Assembly: GCA_973895155.1 (NCBI GenBank) | Contig: OZ316899.1 | Span: 3,245,455 to 3,309,454 of the forward strand | Length of the DNA stretch: 64,000 nucleotides | Origin: Marsupella aquatica | Lineage: Eukaryota > Plantae > Marchantiophyta | Direction of reading: 5' to 3' | Shown: positions 1 through 10,750 of the stretch, in pieces | Numbering within the stretch: position 1 is the stretch's first letter | Layout: every line of letters starts with the position of its first letter | Notes under the pieces: generated by a model | Seen by the model: the letters and a program-made list of their open reading frames with translations, nothing else | The model's database searches: none | Told to the model about the DNA's origin: nothing | Program-made: the position numbers and the translations under genes

Positions 1-24
1 TCTGTGCATAGAGAAACTCACTGG

Positions 25-166
25 TGTTGTAACTCATACCTGAGTTAAGTCTACCTTTGGGATAACTACCTATGTAACTACCCTAACTACTTAGGCTGTA
101 GCCACATGTACATATTCTACCAGGAATACAGATGGAACAACTTTTTGTCTCATTTATCCCACAACA
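25..166 (+). repeat. 5' LTR (142 bp)
   Basis: Identical by eye to 3637-3778; TG...CA termini. Confidence 0.97.
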
Positions 167-179
167 CGTTATCAGCACG
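167..179 (+). promoter_or_regulatory. Primer-binding site, complementary to the anticodon arm of cytosolic tRNA-Ile (half-tRNA type)
   Basis: CGTTATCAGCACG abuts the LTR. Its reverse complement CGTGCTGATAACG matches the eukaryotic tRNA-Ile(AAU) anticodon stem-loop CGUGCU(A/I)AUAACG as I recall it. Confidence 0.65.
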
Positions 180-1021
180 TAGCTCTCCACGAGCAATCTT
201 TTCTTTGAGAGAAAGGCCAGATTTTCATTGAATGTTTATAGATTTGACATAATTGCCCCTCCCAAGAAGCTATGGATGAGAACTTCGCGATTACATTTCT
301 AATTTTAGGTTTAACAAGGACGTTTGTGATTCCTCCAAATCTCATTGCGGAAGCCATGGACTACTAAAAATAACAATCATCTTGATGTTGACGCTAATGA
401 TGAGTTCAGGCCGAACCATGACGGACCGATCTCATACGGACATTGAAGATCACTTAAGGAGGCACGAGAGAGAGCGAGAGAAAACGATTAAGCAAGAATT
501 GAGAAAGAGTCGGTGTGAGAGAAAGCACTGGCAACGAACATTGATAAGGCGCTGACAAAGAGAATCGAAAGTATTAAGGATTGAGGCGAGAAACAATAAG
601 GATTGAAGGTGAAGAAACCCCTCTGGAAATGACCTTTAAATCTGAGAAGAAACGAAACAAATTCTGATAAGGATAGCAGATAAGGAAAATTAAAGAGGAT
701 CGGTGCATAAAACGATCGAGAGAGGAGGAAAGGCACAAACAAAACAGAGGATCGAAGGCAACCATTCAAAGACTGAGAGCGCATTCCATAAGGACAACAT
801 TGAATAGAGACAAGAATTGAAAAGCAGTACCGCAGAACAGAATCCATAAGAAAAGACTGAACCTCACCCCACTGATCGAAGGCGAAAAAAAATTCAAGCA
901 GCAAAAGCATCGGGAGGCACTGGCAAAGAACCATAAGAGAAATGACGATCAAAAAGCAGAAAGAAGAATTTGATTAGGACATCGCGACCTCATAGGGACA
1001 GGCCTCGCTCGATAGCCAATT

Positions 1022-1758
1022 ATAGCCGCACGGGATGCAGCTATCTTGGAGCAAAATTCGGCTATCACGAAGAGAATAGCTGCATATGAGGAGAGAGACG
1101 CTGCTCTTCTGCTACGTGATGTAGCTTACGCTGATCGAGATTCCGCCACAGAGGAACGCGATGCTGCTGTTACAACTCTTGATATTTCAGCGAACAACAC
1201 CCTTGTTGAAAAGAGGCCATCAGTGAAAGATTCAAAGCTCTTCCATACGCTGAGTATGAAAAAGAATTGTACTATTGTAGGAGTTTTTCATCAGGATCCC
1301 TTGTCTTCCACACGGTACAGTGCTATTGTTCAAGAGCAAAGTGACCTTGGCAAGATTGACGATGCCAAAAGAGTCAATTTGTGGGTTTCCTAGGAAGAGG
1401 AAGCTAATAGTGAAATCTACGCTCGATCGCACAGTGCGTTCAAAAAAGATCATGTCGTTCTCCCCAGGAGCATCGTTTGGAGCTTGGAGATAGCGGCGAG
1501 GCCGATTACCTGAAGGGCCCGAACGATGATGTTCACATTGATAATGTGCACTACCCCATTCCCCACTGCTCCTGTACAGGTGTGAGACAGCAGTGTTACA
1601 GATGGGGTAACGGGGGCTGGCAGTCCTCGTGTAGCACTACTATGATCTCCATGAACTTTTTGGAACAACTTGGCTCCGAAGGGATAAATGTAAATTATCC
1701 TGTTGATTTGAAGGAGCACTGGGCAAAGCATGGAACTAACCGTTACGTTACAATTTGA
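1022..1758 (+). pseudogene. BPC: Captured BBR/BPC (BASIC PENTACYSTEINE, GAGA-binding) transcription factor gene fragment, class II-like
   Basis: N-terminal alanine-zipper repeats IAARDAAILEQN...EERDAALLLRD...DRDSATEERDAA. C-terminal GAGA_bind motif PIPHCSCTGVRQQCYRWGNGGWQSSCSTTMISM...PVDLKEHWAKHGTNRYVTI. The two parts are in different frames and the DNA-binding domain has an internal deletion. Confidence 0.92.
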
Positions 1759-2653
1759 TAACAAGATGAAGCATGCTCCGTCATTCAAGATCAACGACAT
1801 GTAGGGAAGTTTCCGTCAATCATATTTGTGAAGCTCTCTCGACAGGCGCAAAATGTTTTGGTTTCGGGGGCCAAGTGAGGCACACTGGGCGTTTGCCGAG
1901 ATGATACGTGGTTATACTGACGCGTCTGCACGAGTTCCACATTTGAAGTATATAATACTGTTGTATTTTGTAAGTTCATGGAGATCTACGTTTTGGAACG
2001 AGTCATCAGACCCTATTTCCAGTCCGTGAAGGCGACCTCATACGGAAGATTGATTCATAAGGAACACCCATACGCCTAATTCCCAATTGAAAAGATAGGA
2101 AGAGAGAAGACGCTACAGAAATCGAACGCAGATCGTGAGCAAGGCAGGCAGCATCGCGAACATATAAAGACAGTCCATGATCGAACGCAAAGGGAGAAAC
2201 TGAAAACTCCGAAGGAAAGAATGCGAGACAGAGGAGAAACAATAAGCACCAAAGGCAAGGAGGATAAATCCAAGAACATTGAAGGAAGCACAAACCCGAC
2301 AAATCAAAGAGAGAACGTGACGAACGCCAGGAGAGAGAAGGACGTCCAGTGCAGACGGAGATCGTGGTACAAGCTAAAGATGAGACGTCGGGCAAAGGAG
2401 GCAAACAAAGAGAAGCCATCAAACCAAAGGAAAGTCCTCCACCTTTTCTTCTAAGAAGACCATTTTACACTAAGTAAATGGAGAACTAAAGAACAAAGAG
2501 ACTTTCTCTTCAAGAGGAAAGAAAAACCAAACAACAAAGCATGAAGTAAGGACATAAAGAAAGAAGCTAAAGTACAGAACCTACATGGCGACAAACGATG
2601 ATTACTTCCACCAATTAATTTCATAAATTCAAGGGGAGATATTTTTCCCAGGG

Positions 2654-2815
2654 GTGCCTACTACACATAAAAGCCATGTGCCTACTGCACATGGAAGCAA
2701 ATGGGTGCCTACTGCACACCCAGCCAGAAAGGAAAAATATTTGACAAATTGAGGGGGAGACCTCAAGCAAGACTTGCCTCCCAGAAATTTAACCCATGGG
2801 ATGTGCCTACTGCAC
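2654..2815 (+). repeat. Four dispersed copies of GTGCCTACT(G/A)CAC in the internal region of the Copia-type element
   Basis: Copies start at 2654, 2678, 2705 and 2803. Confidence 0.8.
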
Positions 2816-3626
2816 AAGTGCTTTTCACAACAATGAATATTTAAAAATGGAACTACATTCCATGAGTTAGAAGCATATGGCCAAATTATGAAAAAAAAAT
2901 GCATTAAATCACCAATATTGGATGACATGTCATGATGACTAAAATTGGAAATATCAAAGACCCCACATCATATCATATGATCATATGAAGTATGGTATCA
3001 CATTACAAGGTACTATCAGGTGTGGTATGACTTGGTAAGGCACCATGACAGATGGTACGTTATACCTTGATAGGAAATCCCTATGGTATATGAGACCTAG
3101 GATTGGACACTCCAAACGATTCCAAGGCCAATGGATTTCAATCAACCATATCATCTTCATTATGAGCTAATACCTTGTTTGTTCCTTGCATGTAATCTAT
3201 GACCATTGAGGAATCTTCATTACCTGACCGGGAAGAGACGAAAGACACAAGACACAATTAACTTTGCTAACACCAACCAAGGAGGGTCTTCAACAAGCCT
3301 ATAGTGTTGACAAACACCTTAAGATACTTTGTAGAAATACATACACTATATACTTAAATCCAATTATGTTTCACCCATGGGGATGGTAATACTCTTTCCT
3401 CCCACAAAGAAAGTAGGGGAGGTTTTAATGAGGTTACATCCCCCACTTTCACTTTACCATGCAACATGAATTATAAGACATCCATTAGGAGAAGCTTTAC
3501 ATTCATAGTAGACTTGAGATGGCTGCACCATTTATAAAATAGGCTAGACATAAACAATACCTATTGTATACCACTGAGTATACCCAAAGTAGACTCTTGA
3601 TTGTAACATTTAAACCCCAATGTTAC

Positions 3627-3636
3627 AAAGGGGGAG
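3627..3636 (+). promoter_or_regulatory. Polypurine tract
   Basis: AAAGGGGGAG immediately 5' of the 3' LTR. Confidence 0.9.
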
Positions 3637-3778
3637 TGTTGTAACTCATACCTGAGTTAAGTCTACCTTTGGGATAACTACCTATGTAACTACCCTAACT
3701 ACTTAGGCTGTAGCCACATGTACATATTCTACCAGGAATACAGATGGAACAACTTTTTGTCTCATTTATCCCACAACA
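3637..3778 (+). repeat. 3' LTR (142 bp)
   Basis: Identical by eye to 25-166; followed by TSD ACTGG. Confidence 0.97.
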
Positions 3779-4828
3779 ACTGGCAAATTTTCAGAATTTT
3801 CCGAGCCAGGAGTAGAAAGTTAAAAATAGTTGAATTCGGTAAGTCTTTAAGTCTACCACATTCACCGGATTATGCCTTTACGTTTTTATGCTTTTATGAG
3901 TTTACGTCTTTACACTTTTACGCTTTTACGGGTTCTTACTTAGCCATTTCCCGGCTTTTCACTTACTGAATCGCTGTTTTGACTTTTTGAGGAGTATGAA
4001 GAGGCATGTCTCTTCGACCCTATGACCTCTTACCCTATAGGTTTTTACTATAAGACCCCTCCACCACTAGTGTAGTTTATGGTTAAGTTCTGCATTTTTG
4101 CCTCTTCCTTGTGTTAAACTAGTTGATCATGAATCTATGAGTTCGAGATCAGGTTTAACATTTGGAGAGACTTACCTCCTTCTTGTGTTTTTACCTCTGA
4201 TTATAAACACAGGAAGTAAAATCCATTTGTAAGAAATTTTTGGATCTTGTGATGACAGATTCCTTCTTGGTGACTCATTACAAATTCCTAAGTTCTTAGA
4301 GTTAACTCATTGAGTTTATGTCTTATTGAAATTGATGGATTTTCTTTCATGTTGCTTAGTACCATCTAAATCTTGAAGTAGCTACCTTTTAGATCTTATC
4401 TGAGTACCACTTAGAAAGAAAGGATAAGACATGTTGACGGCATTTTAAAAGGTACTCTAGTAAGCATTTTAGACCTGAAAAGCAAACGTGGATTTGAATC
4501 CTTAAGTCTTTTCATTTTGACTTATGTCTAAGGAGTAACCTTGGTCTATTCTAGACTCCCTTAGCGTACTTTGAGATTATTTTCTCTTGTGTTTTGTTAA
4601 TCATTTCCTTTTCATTAATTTATGTTTACATGATGTTGAGTTATCATTGAAAACTACTCACCGCTGTGGAGCGATCTTCAAAATACCTTATTAAAGTAAT
4701 CAAATTTGATTACTATGTGTGGAAACCATCTTTAGTTCTTTGTTATTGTTTAAATCTATCAAACCAACCCCATCTTGTTCTTTACGGGAACGAATACCGA
4801 GTTCGAAGACCTTTAAATGTGTCTTTCC
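3779..4828 (+). mobile_element. AT-rich Athila-like LTR fragment, host of the Copia insertion and cut off by the LINE
   Basis: Shares blocks with 26486-28164: ATGTTGACGGCATTTTA at ~4431 and ~27733; GTTCTTTACGGGAACGAATACCGAGTT vs GTTCCTAAAGGGATCGAATTCCGAGTT; CTATAAGACCCC. Confidence 0.55.
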
Positions 4829-7695
4829 CAAATCAATTGGCTTGGCCAGGGGAAAGAACCTTCTAAGTTCTATTTCTCATTGGTCAAGGCGAAGCAAGTG
4901 AGAGAAACGATGGAATGCCTAATTGGAGAGGATGGCAAAGAAATTAGGGATGAAAATATGATTATCAAGGAGGTTCAGACATTCTGTGAATCACTGTACT
5001 CTCCACCTGAATGAAGTATTGTGGAGCTTCTGGAGATGAGATCTGCTCGTCGGAGGCTTTGCGAACACACTCATTTCTCCCCGTCTGCCACTGAGAACAG
5101 AAATCTAGATATGTTACCTACCTTATAGGAGGTACATGATACTTTGCTCATGCTACCCAATGACAAGGCGCCTGGAGTGGATGGTATGACCGCCGAGGTC
5201 TTGAGGGCCTCTTGGGATTTTGTGAAAACTGATTTCTATGATATGATCTGTGCCTTTTGGAGGACTGGTCATATTTCTTATAGCATCAAGGATGGAGTGA
5301 TCCGCTTTATCCCCAAAAAGATTGACAAGCGGCATCTGAGCGACTGGAGGCCGCTGACGATGCTTACCATTACTTACAAGATTTTGGCTAAGCTGCTTGC
5401 TCGACGACTGATGGTGTTGCTGCCCCGTATGATTAGTCCGCAGCAGGTTTCATTCCCAGTCGGCATATTTTGGAGAATATCTCGCTTACTTGGTTGGCAA
5501 GCGACTGGATTGAATATAGCAGACCCCATCTCTTTTTGCAACTTGACTTTGAGAAAGCTTTTGATAGGGTCAACCATCTTTACATCTGGGAGACTATGAA
5601 CCTTCTAGGTCTTAGTTCACATTTCATCCTTTTGGTACGGTCCCTATTAAGCAACTCTTGCTCTTAAGTTCTAGTCAACGGTCTTTGGTCTGCTGATATT
5701 CACATGTGCAGAGGAGTCCGGCAGGGGTGCCCCCTCTCCCCACTTCTATTTGCTATATCTACTCAACCCCTAATGGATTTCTGCCAGGCAGAGATTGTTG
5801 CTGGTCGTTTGCAGGGACTCAAAATCTCCCCTTCCTTCACCCTCTGTTTTAGGTTGTTTGCTGATGATCTGGGCCTCTTTATCCCTGCTGATGTGATAGC
5901 TTTTGAGCAAGCCAGAAGCACTATTACCTGCTATGAGTGTGCTGCTGGTGCTAAACTCAACCTGGCTAAATCAACCATCATTCCCCTGGCACTTGAAGAG
6001 ATCCCTGGCTGGCTACAGGACACTGGCTGTACAATCAGCCCTGCTGGCATTGTGCGGAGATATTTGGGTGGACCTCTTGGATCTAATCTTACCGAGAAGC
6101 AACTACATTGCTTTTGCTTAGACCGGATTAGTGCACGTCTTGCATCCTGGTCCACTCGCTTTCTTTCCTTCACAGGTCGTCTACTGTTAATCAAGCATGT
6201 GCTTCAGGCCATCCCGGTCTATCACATGATGTTCCTACTCTCTCCCGCTGCTTTGACTAAAAAGCTGATTGCTTTAAACAGAATTTTTCTGTGGGGTTCA
6301 AACCCGCTGGGTGGAAGACGCATCCCACTTGTGGCTTGGGATAAGATGACTCGACCCAAATCTGACGGTGGACTTGGCCTGAAGGACTTCAAGAGTCACT
6401 CTGATGCCCTTCTGTGTAAGTGGTTTACTGGCGCTTTGGACCATCCTGAATCTGAATGGGCTTGCATGTTTGCAGAATACCTTCGACTTACCAAATGGCG
6501 GAACTACAAGGCTATACGTCAAAGCTCTTACTCTATGGCTGATAAGTTGCTACTCTGTACCCCTTGCAGCTTTGGGAGACTTACGTATACAAATCAGTTG
6601 TGGAGTGCCTGGGAGAGAATGAGATCAAATTTGATTTTTTGTCCTACTGAGGCTGATCACATCCCTGGCCAGTGGGGATTTGAAGATATTATCCGCTGTC
6701 TACAAAGGTTCTACAATTTACCTGAGATTGATATTGTGCTGCTAACAAGAACGTTTGGTTCTCTGGGCATCAGGAGAATTTGAGACTTCTGGTCTACAAT
6801 TGATGGCACTTGGAAAAATGTTGAATTACGTCTACCTTGTCTGAGAGGCCTTACACTTCCCAACAAGACTTTATGCCTCTCTCTTGCCGGTGTGATCCGT
6901 GGTTCTCCCTGTGAGGGAGATGCTACTGCTTCTCGTACCTGCATGTGGCGCTGGTTGGATCGGGAGGAGAGAATGAATCGTTTTGACTTAACAAATGCAC
7001 GTGCTTATGAGTTGCTTCGCCCAAAAGGCACTGACTCCGCCCGACTGAACCGGATCTGGGGGGATTTACCGGATGAGGATTGGAATAGAGTGTGGAACAC
7101 TGTGTGGACTTCTGACCTCTCTACCCGTGCTAAGGTCTTTCTGTGGCGGATTATTGCGCAAGGCTTGTTCTCTGGCTCCCGTGCTCTACGGATTGGCAAG
7201 TCGGATGGCTATTGTGGCTTATGTGCTGGGACAATTAGAACTATTCCTCACATTTTCTTTTCATGCCGTCATGCTTGTTGCTGTTGGCTGGAGGTCCACG
7301 GATGGATGGAGGGTGCACTCTGCGATGGATCACCAAGTTTATTCACTCTGATTTTTTCCACTGCAGGGAAACTGTCTATTCGCTCTCTTTGGATTTACAC
7401 GGTTTACCAGATTCTGTGGTGCATTTGGCTAGCCCGTAATGCTCAGACTTTTGACAAAACTCGTCACAGAATCTTTGATCAATTGCTGGTGATCTCTGAG
7501 ATTCTGGACCACTTGAATGCGATTATCACATCCACTTCGGTGCTGTCTACCTCTCTTTTAAGCCGCAAACACCGACGCCTCTCAGGTGCTAAGGGACTGA
7601 TAGAGACAGAACGCATCAACATTCTTAGAAGTGGGGTTAGGAGGATTGAATCCATCCTGGATGGCGGTGCTGCAGGAGGACACCTGACAATTTGA
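4829..7695 (+). pseudogene. LINE ORF2: reverse transcriptase plus zf-RVT zinc finger, disrupted
   Basis: Motifs KAPGVDG, WRPLTMLTITYKILAK, LQLDFEKAFDRV, RGVRQGCPLSPLLF, LFADD, VAWDKMTRPKSDGGLG, CGLC...HIFFSC. In-frame stops at ~5012, ~5126, ~5665 and ~6781, and a frameshift near 5450. Confidence 0.93.
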
Positions 7696-8177
7696 TCCTT
7701 TTTTAGGCTATAGAAGCTCTTAGTTAATAGTTTACTTAGCTGCCCTTGTGTCCGATCTTTCGGAATTTTTGCTCTTATGCCTGCCCTAGATCTTATGACA
7801 ACATTCCGAACTGCTTGACTACCCCCCCTTTTTTTACCCTTGCAGGCTTGGTTGACTGAGAAGCCTTAGGACCATACTTCTGACAAGACATCCGTCCCCT
7901 TGCACTGGCACTATTTTGATTCTACTTTGCCCTTGAGTTGATTAGATGCAACTGTTTGAGTGCCAGTGAACACTTGATTCTTACTAGTTTTCAACATCTG
8001 TGGGATCTGATGTCCTTGACTTTTTTGGACTCTTATTTGTCCTGTTACTCTTTCGCCCTTTGTGGCTTCTGCTGCCGTTTGGCCTGCTGGTTCCCCCCAT
8101 CCGTGGGGTTCACGCGGAATAAAATCAAAATTTAAATTAAAAAAATTAAAGGAAAAGAAAAAAGAAGAAAAAAGAAA
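4829..8177 (+). mobile_element. 5'-truncated L1-clade LINE (non-LTR retrotransposon)
   Basis: Starts mid-ORF2 (QINWLGQGKEPSKFYF). 3' UTR ends in AATAAA (8118) and a degenerate A-rich tail to ~8177. No TSD recognisable. Confidence 0.9.
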
Positions 8178-8179
8178 GA

Positions 8180-9344
8180 CGAGGTCATCCGTCGACTTAG
8201 GGCAAGGGAAGCCGAGGTGGAAGACTTGAAGGCGGCCAAGAAAGCCCAAGATGAGTTGCGGATTAAGCGGCATGAGCTAAACATCATGCAGGGGCAATTG
8301 GATACCGCTAAGTCTGATAATCAGATTATCAAGGATAAATTGACTCGGACCCAGGGGGAACTGGCCGTTGCGGTCAAGGAAAGGGAGAAGTGGAAGCGGG
8401 AGCTAAGGGATGCAGAGGAGGCCCACATAGCAACCAACAATTGGGCCATGGCGGAGACTCAGAGAAGGGAAAGGGCGTTGAAGGGGGAAGTCGAGGATAT
8501 CCGCGGAGCCCTTGAGCAGAAGGAGGCCGAGTTAGGGAAATCCTATCAAGGGATTATTGTGCTGCAGTAGGAGCTTGCATCCCTGACGGCCAGCTTCAAG
8601 GCCGACCTGCGTGAGAAAGACGACCAACTCAATTAGACTTATGCCAAGATGAATAAAATGGAGTCTGAGGTTGTAGCGGAGCTCGACAAGGAGCTAAGAG
8701 CAACACAGGCGGAGAGGGTTACCTTAAAGAAGGAATTGGAGGAAGCCCAAAAGGAGCTGGAGGAGGCATGCAAGGACCTGGACGAAGTGCAGGAGGAGTT
8801 GGAGGAAAGCACGAGGAAGATGGAGAACTTACAACGGCGAGCCGACAACCAACCGGAGCGGCTAAAGAAACAAGCCACAGTATTTAAGTGCTTGGCTTCA
8901 TCAAGTCCAATTGGGGCAACCAAGTTGCCAGGAGTAGTACTGGCCGAAGGACAAGCCGCGACACTTGCACCGGTGCTGGAGATAAGTGGCAAGGGGAAGG
9001 GACCAGCTGCCAAAATAGGGAAGAAGAAGAAGCAAAAACCTTCTGGGTCAGGGAGTAATGCGGCTTCTCAAGCCGCCGTGACAGAGGAGGTACAACCGGC
9101 GCCAACCTCAGGCAGGATCACGGTAGATCCACCCCTAGAAGGCGGGGATGGTAAGGCTGAGGCCAGAACAATCAGTGATGAAGCCGGGGTATCGGATCCT
9201 CCACTAGAGCATGTCGAGGAGGCCGTAGCCGTATTAGAGGCCGTGGCCGATGCTGAGACCAAAGCCGAGGGTGGACCCAGGCAGGCCGATGGAGAGTTGA
9301 CTTGGTCCGGGGCAGGTAATCTGTCAGAGGACGGACCTACATAA
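8180..9344 (+). pseudogene. Coiled-coil plus acidic-tail ORF fragment, probably the C-terminal half of an LTR-borne accessory gene of another family
   Basis: ORFs 8217-8570 and 8649-9344 are in the same frame, separated by stops. Heptad-rich (ELDKELRATQAERVTLKKELEEAQKELEEAC). Downstream TTAGGA repeats and TTAGTGCACC resemble the post-ORF region of LTR 57652-61639. Confidence 0.55.
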
Positions 9345-10307
9345 GTGGCTGCAGAAGAAGCGTTGGGGGCATCCATTGAGGATCAGCCACCACTACCATG
9401 ATGGTGGTGGAGGGCCGCTCCTTTTAAGGAGGGCGGACGTGGAGGGAGGAGGTGTGAGTGGGCAAGGTGGGCTCAGATCTCCAAGTTTAGAATTAGGATT
9501 AGGATTAGGACCAGGAGGCGACCCTGACACTTAGATTAGTGGGATTGCGGATCCACTGGTAAGAGCAACACTTGTGCTTCTGCCTCGCTATACATAGGTA
9601 GATTACAGTTAGGTAGATTAGGCTTACGCTGCAAAGAACTAGGCGGATCCACTGCCAGGATAAGTACCTGGGCTGCGGGGAGTTTGGGGCCTTCTTCTTT
9701 AGCAAGTTTTTAGTGCACCAGCAGGGCTGGGATCAGGTAGTAAAAGAAGCTCTCGGTTAGTTATACTATGACCCTTGTGTATATTCACGTTTCCTCATGC
9801 CTAAGAGATGAATAGAGTTGGCCTCACGGATTAGTTCGCAGATCTTGTGTATGAGAAGTATTGTTTGTATGGCAAGTGCATGGTATAACTCAGTCAGAAG
9901 GAGTCATTTTGCTATTTGTGTGTCGCATTAACTTGTTTGAAGATTGCCCACATCAACCAAGAGAAGGGAGTAAGCAAGGTAGTAAGAGTTGGATGTGTCG
10001 AGCTGAGAGAGGTCTTAGCGGCTTACCAAAGCCAATTGGGGATCATTCCGGCGACGGAATCCAAACATACCTAAAGGAAGACCAAGAGAGGAGACCAAGG
10101 GAAGACATAGAAGAGTCTGGCTACGTATCTCATGACCCGATGAAGGATCTGTCCAGTATATGTGTGTAAAATGTTAGTAGAAGGAGGTTAGCAGCGTCCC
10201 ATGCCGCTAAGCCGCAAAACCGGCCTTGCCAAGGGCGAAACTTGCGGGAATCAGCTTGTGCAGGGGGTTTCTTGGGTTTAGGGAGCCATGGGACGCACCA
10301 CAGCCAC

Positions 10308-10540
10308 TCTGCTTCATATGCATTTAGAGCAGGTGGCCTTGGACTTGTGTGGGACACAGCTCTCCAGCAGTTAGTGGAACCTACTGCTGATGAGAGAGAG
10401 CGTGCTATGGGATTTTTGACTGGCACCACTACAGTGCCTCTGTGTTAGAGGGTTTGCGGCACCAGGTTCTTGGTCAAGCAATGGATCTGAATTGTTTGAC
10501 TTGGACTATCTGCTTGGGAGTAGCTAAACAGTTGCGGATG
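10308..10540 (+). pseudogene. C-terminal remnant (motifs IX-X) of a C5-cytosine DNA methyltransferase domain
   Basis: SYAFRAGGLGLVWDTALQQLVEPTADERERAMGFLTGTT-(frameshift)-GLRHQVLGQAMDLNCLTW fits the DNMT motif IX (E.Er.mGFp..yT) and motif X (R...lGns) pattern. The second part is in frame with the RT ORF at 10751. Confidence 0.72.
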
Positions 10541-10750
10541 CGCTCTGCTGGAATTACCGATTGTCCCTTGGTGAACTTGCGGTCCACTGAGAGAGTACTC
10601 ACCACAACTGGGGGCGAGCAGACAATCCATGGACCTATGGCAGGATTGGCCAAGGCTGAACACATTGTTGAGCAGGAAGGGACTGATCAATCTACTGTTA
10701 AATAGCAATCATCGGCTATCTCTTCTACCCTACAAAGAGATATTAAGGAT

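Larger units (their letters stand above)
25..3778 (+). mobile_element. Non-autonomous Ty1/Copia-type LTR retrotransposon carrying host-gene cargo
   Basis: Two 142-bp direct repeats (25-166, 3637-3778) bounded by TGTTG...CAACA. 5-bp TSD ACTGG at 20-24 and 3779-3783. PBS-like CGTTATCAGCACG directly after the 5' LTR, PPT AAAGGGGGAG directly before the 3' LTR. No gag/pol ORF inside. Confidence 0.95.

Noticed and set aside
466-480. GAGAGAGAGCGAGAG as an autoregulatory BPC binding site next to the BPC cargo
   Set aside because: Short GA runs are expected by chance in this purine-rich strand, and the cargo cannot make an intact protein.
488-952. Hydrophobic 154-aa minus-strand ORF (also 2006-2422) as a membrane protein
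   Set aside because: It is a by-product of the strongly A-rich plus strand of the retroelement interior; no recognisable motif.
9493-9510. (TTAGGA)3 as an interstitial telomere (similar at 60761)
   Set aside because: It is not the plant TTTAGGG unit, has only 2-3 copies, and occurs at the same post-ORF position in several LTRs.
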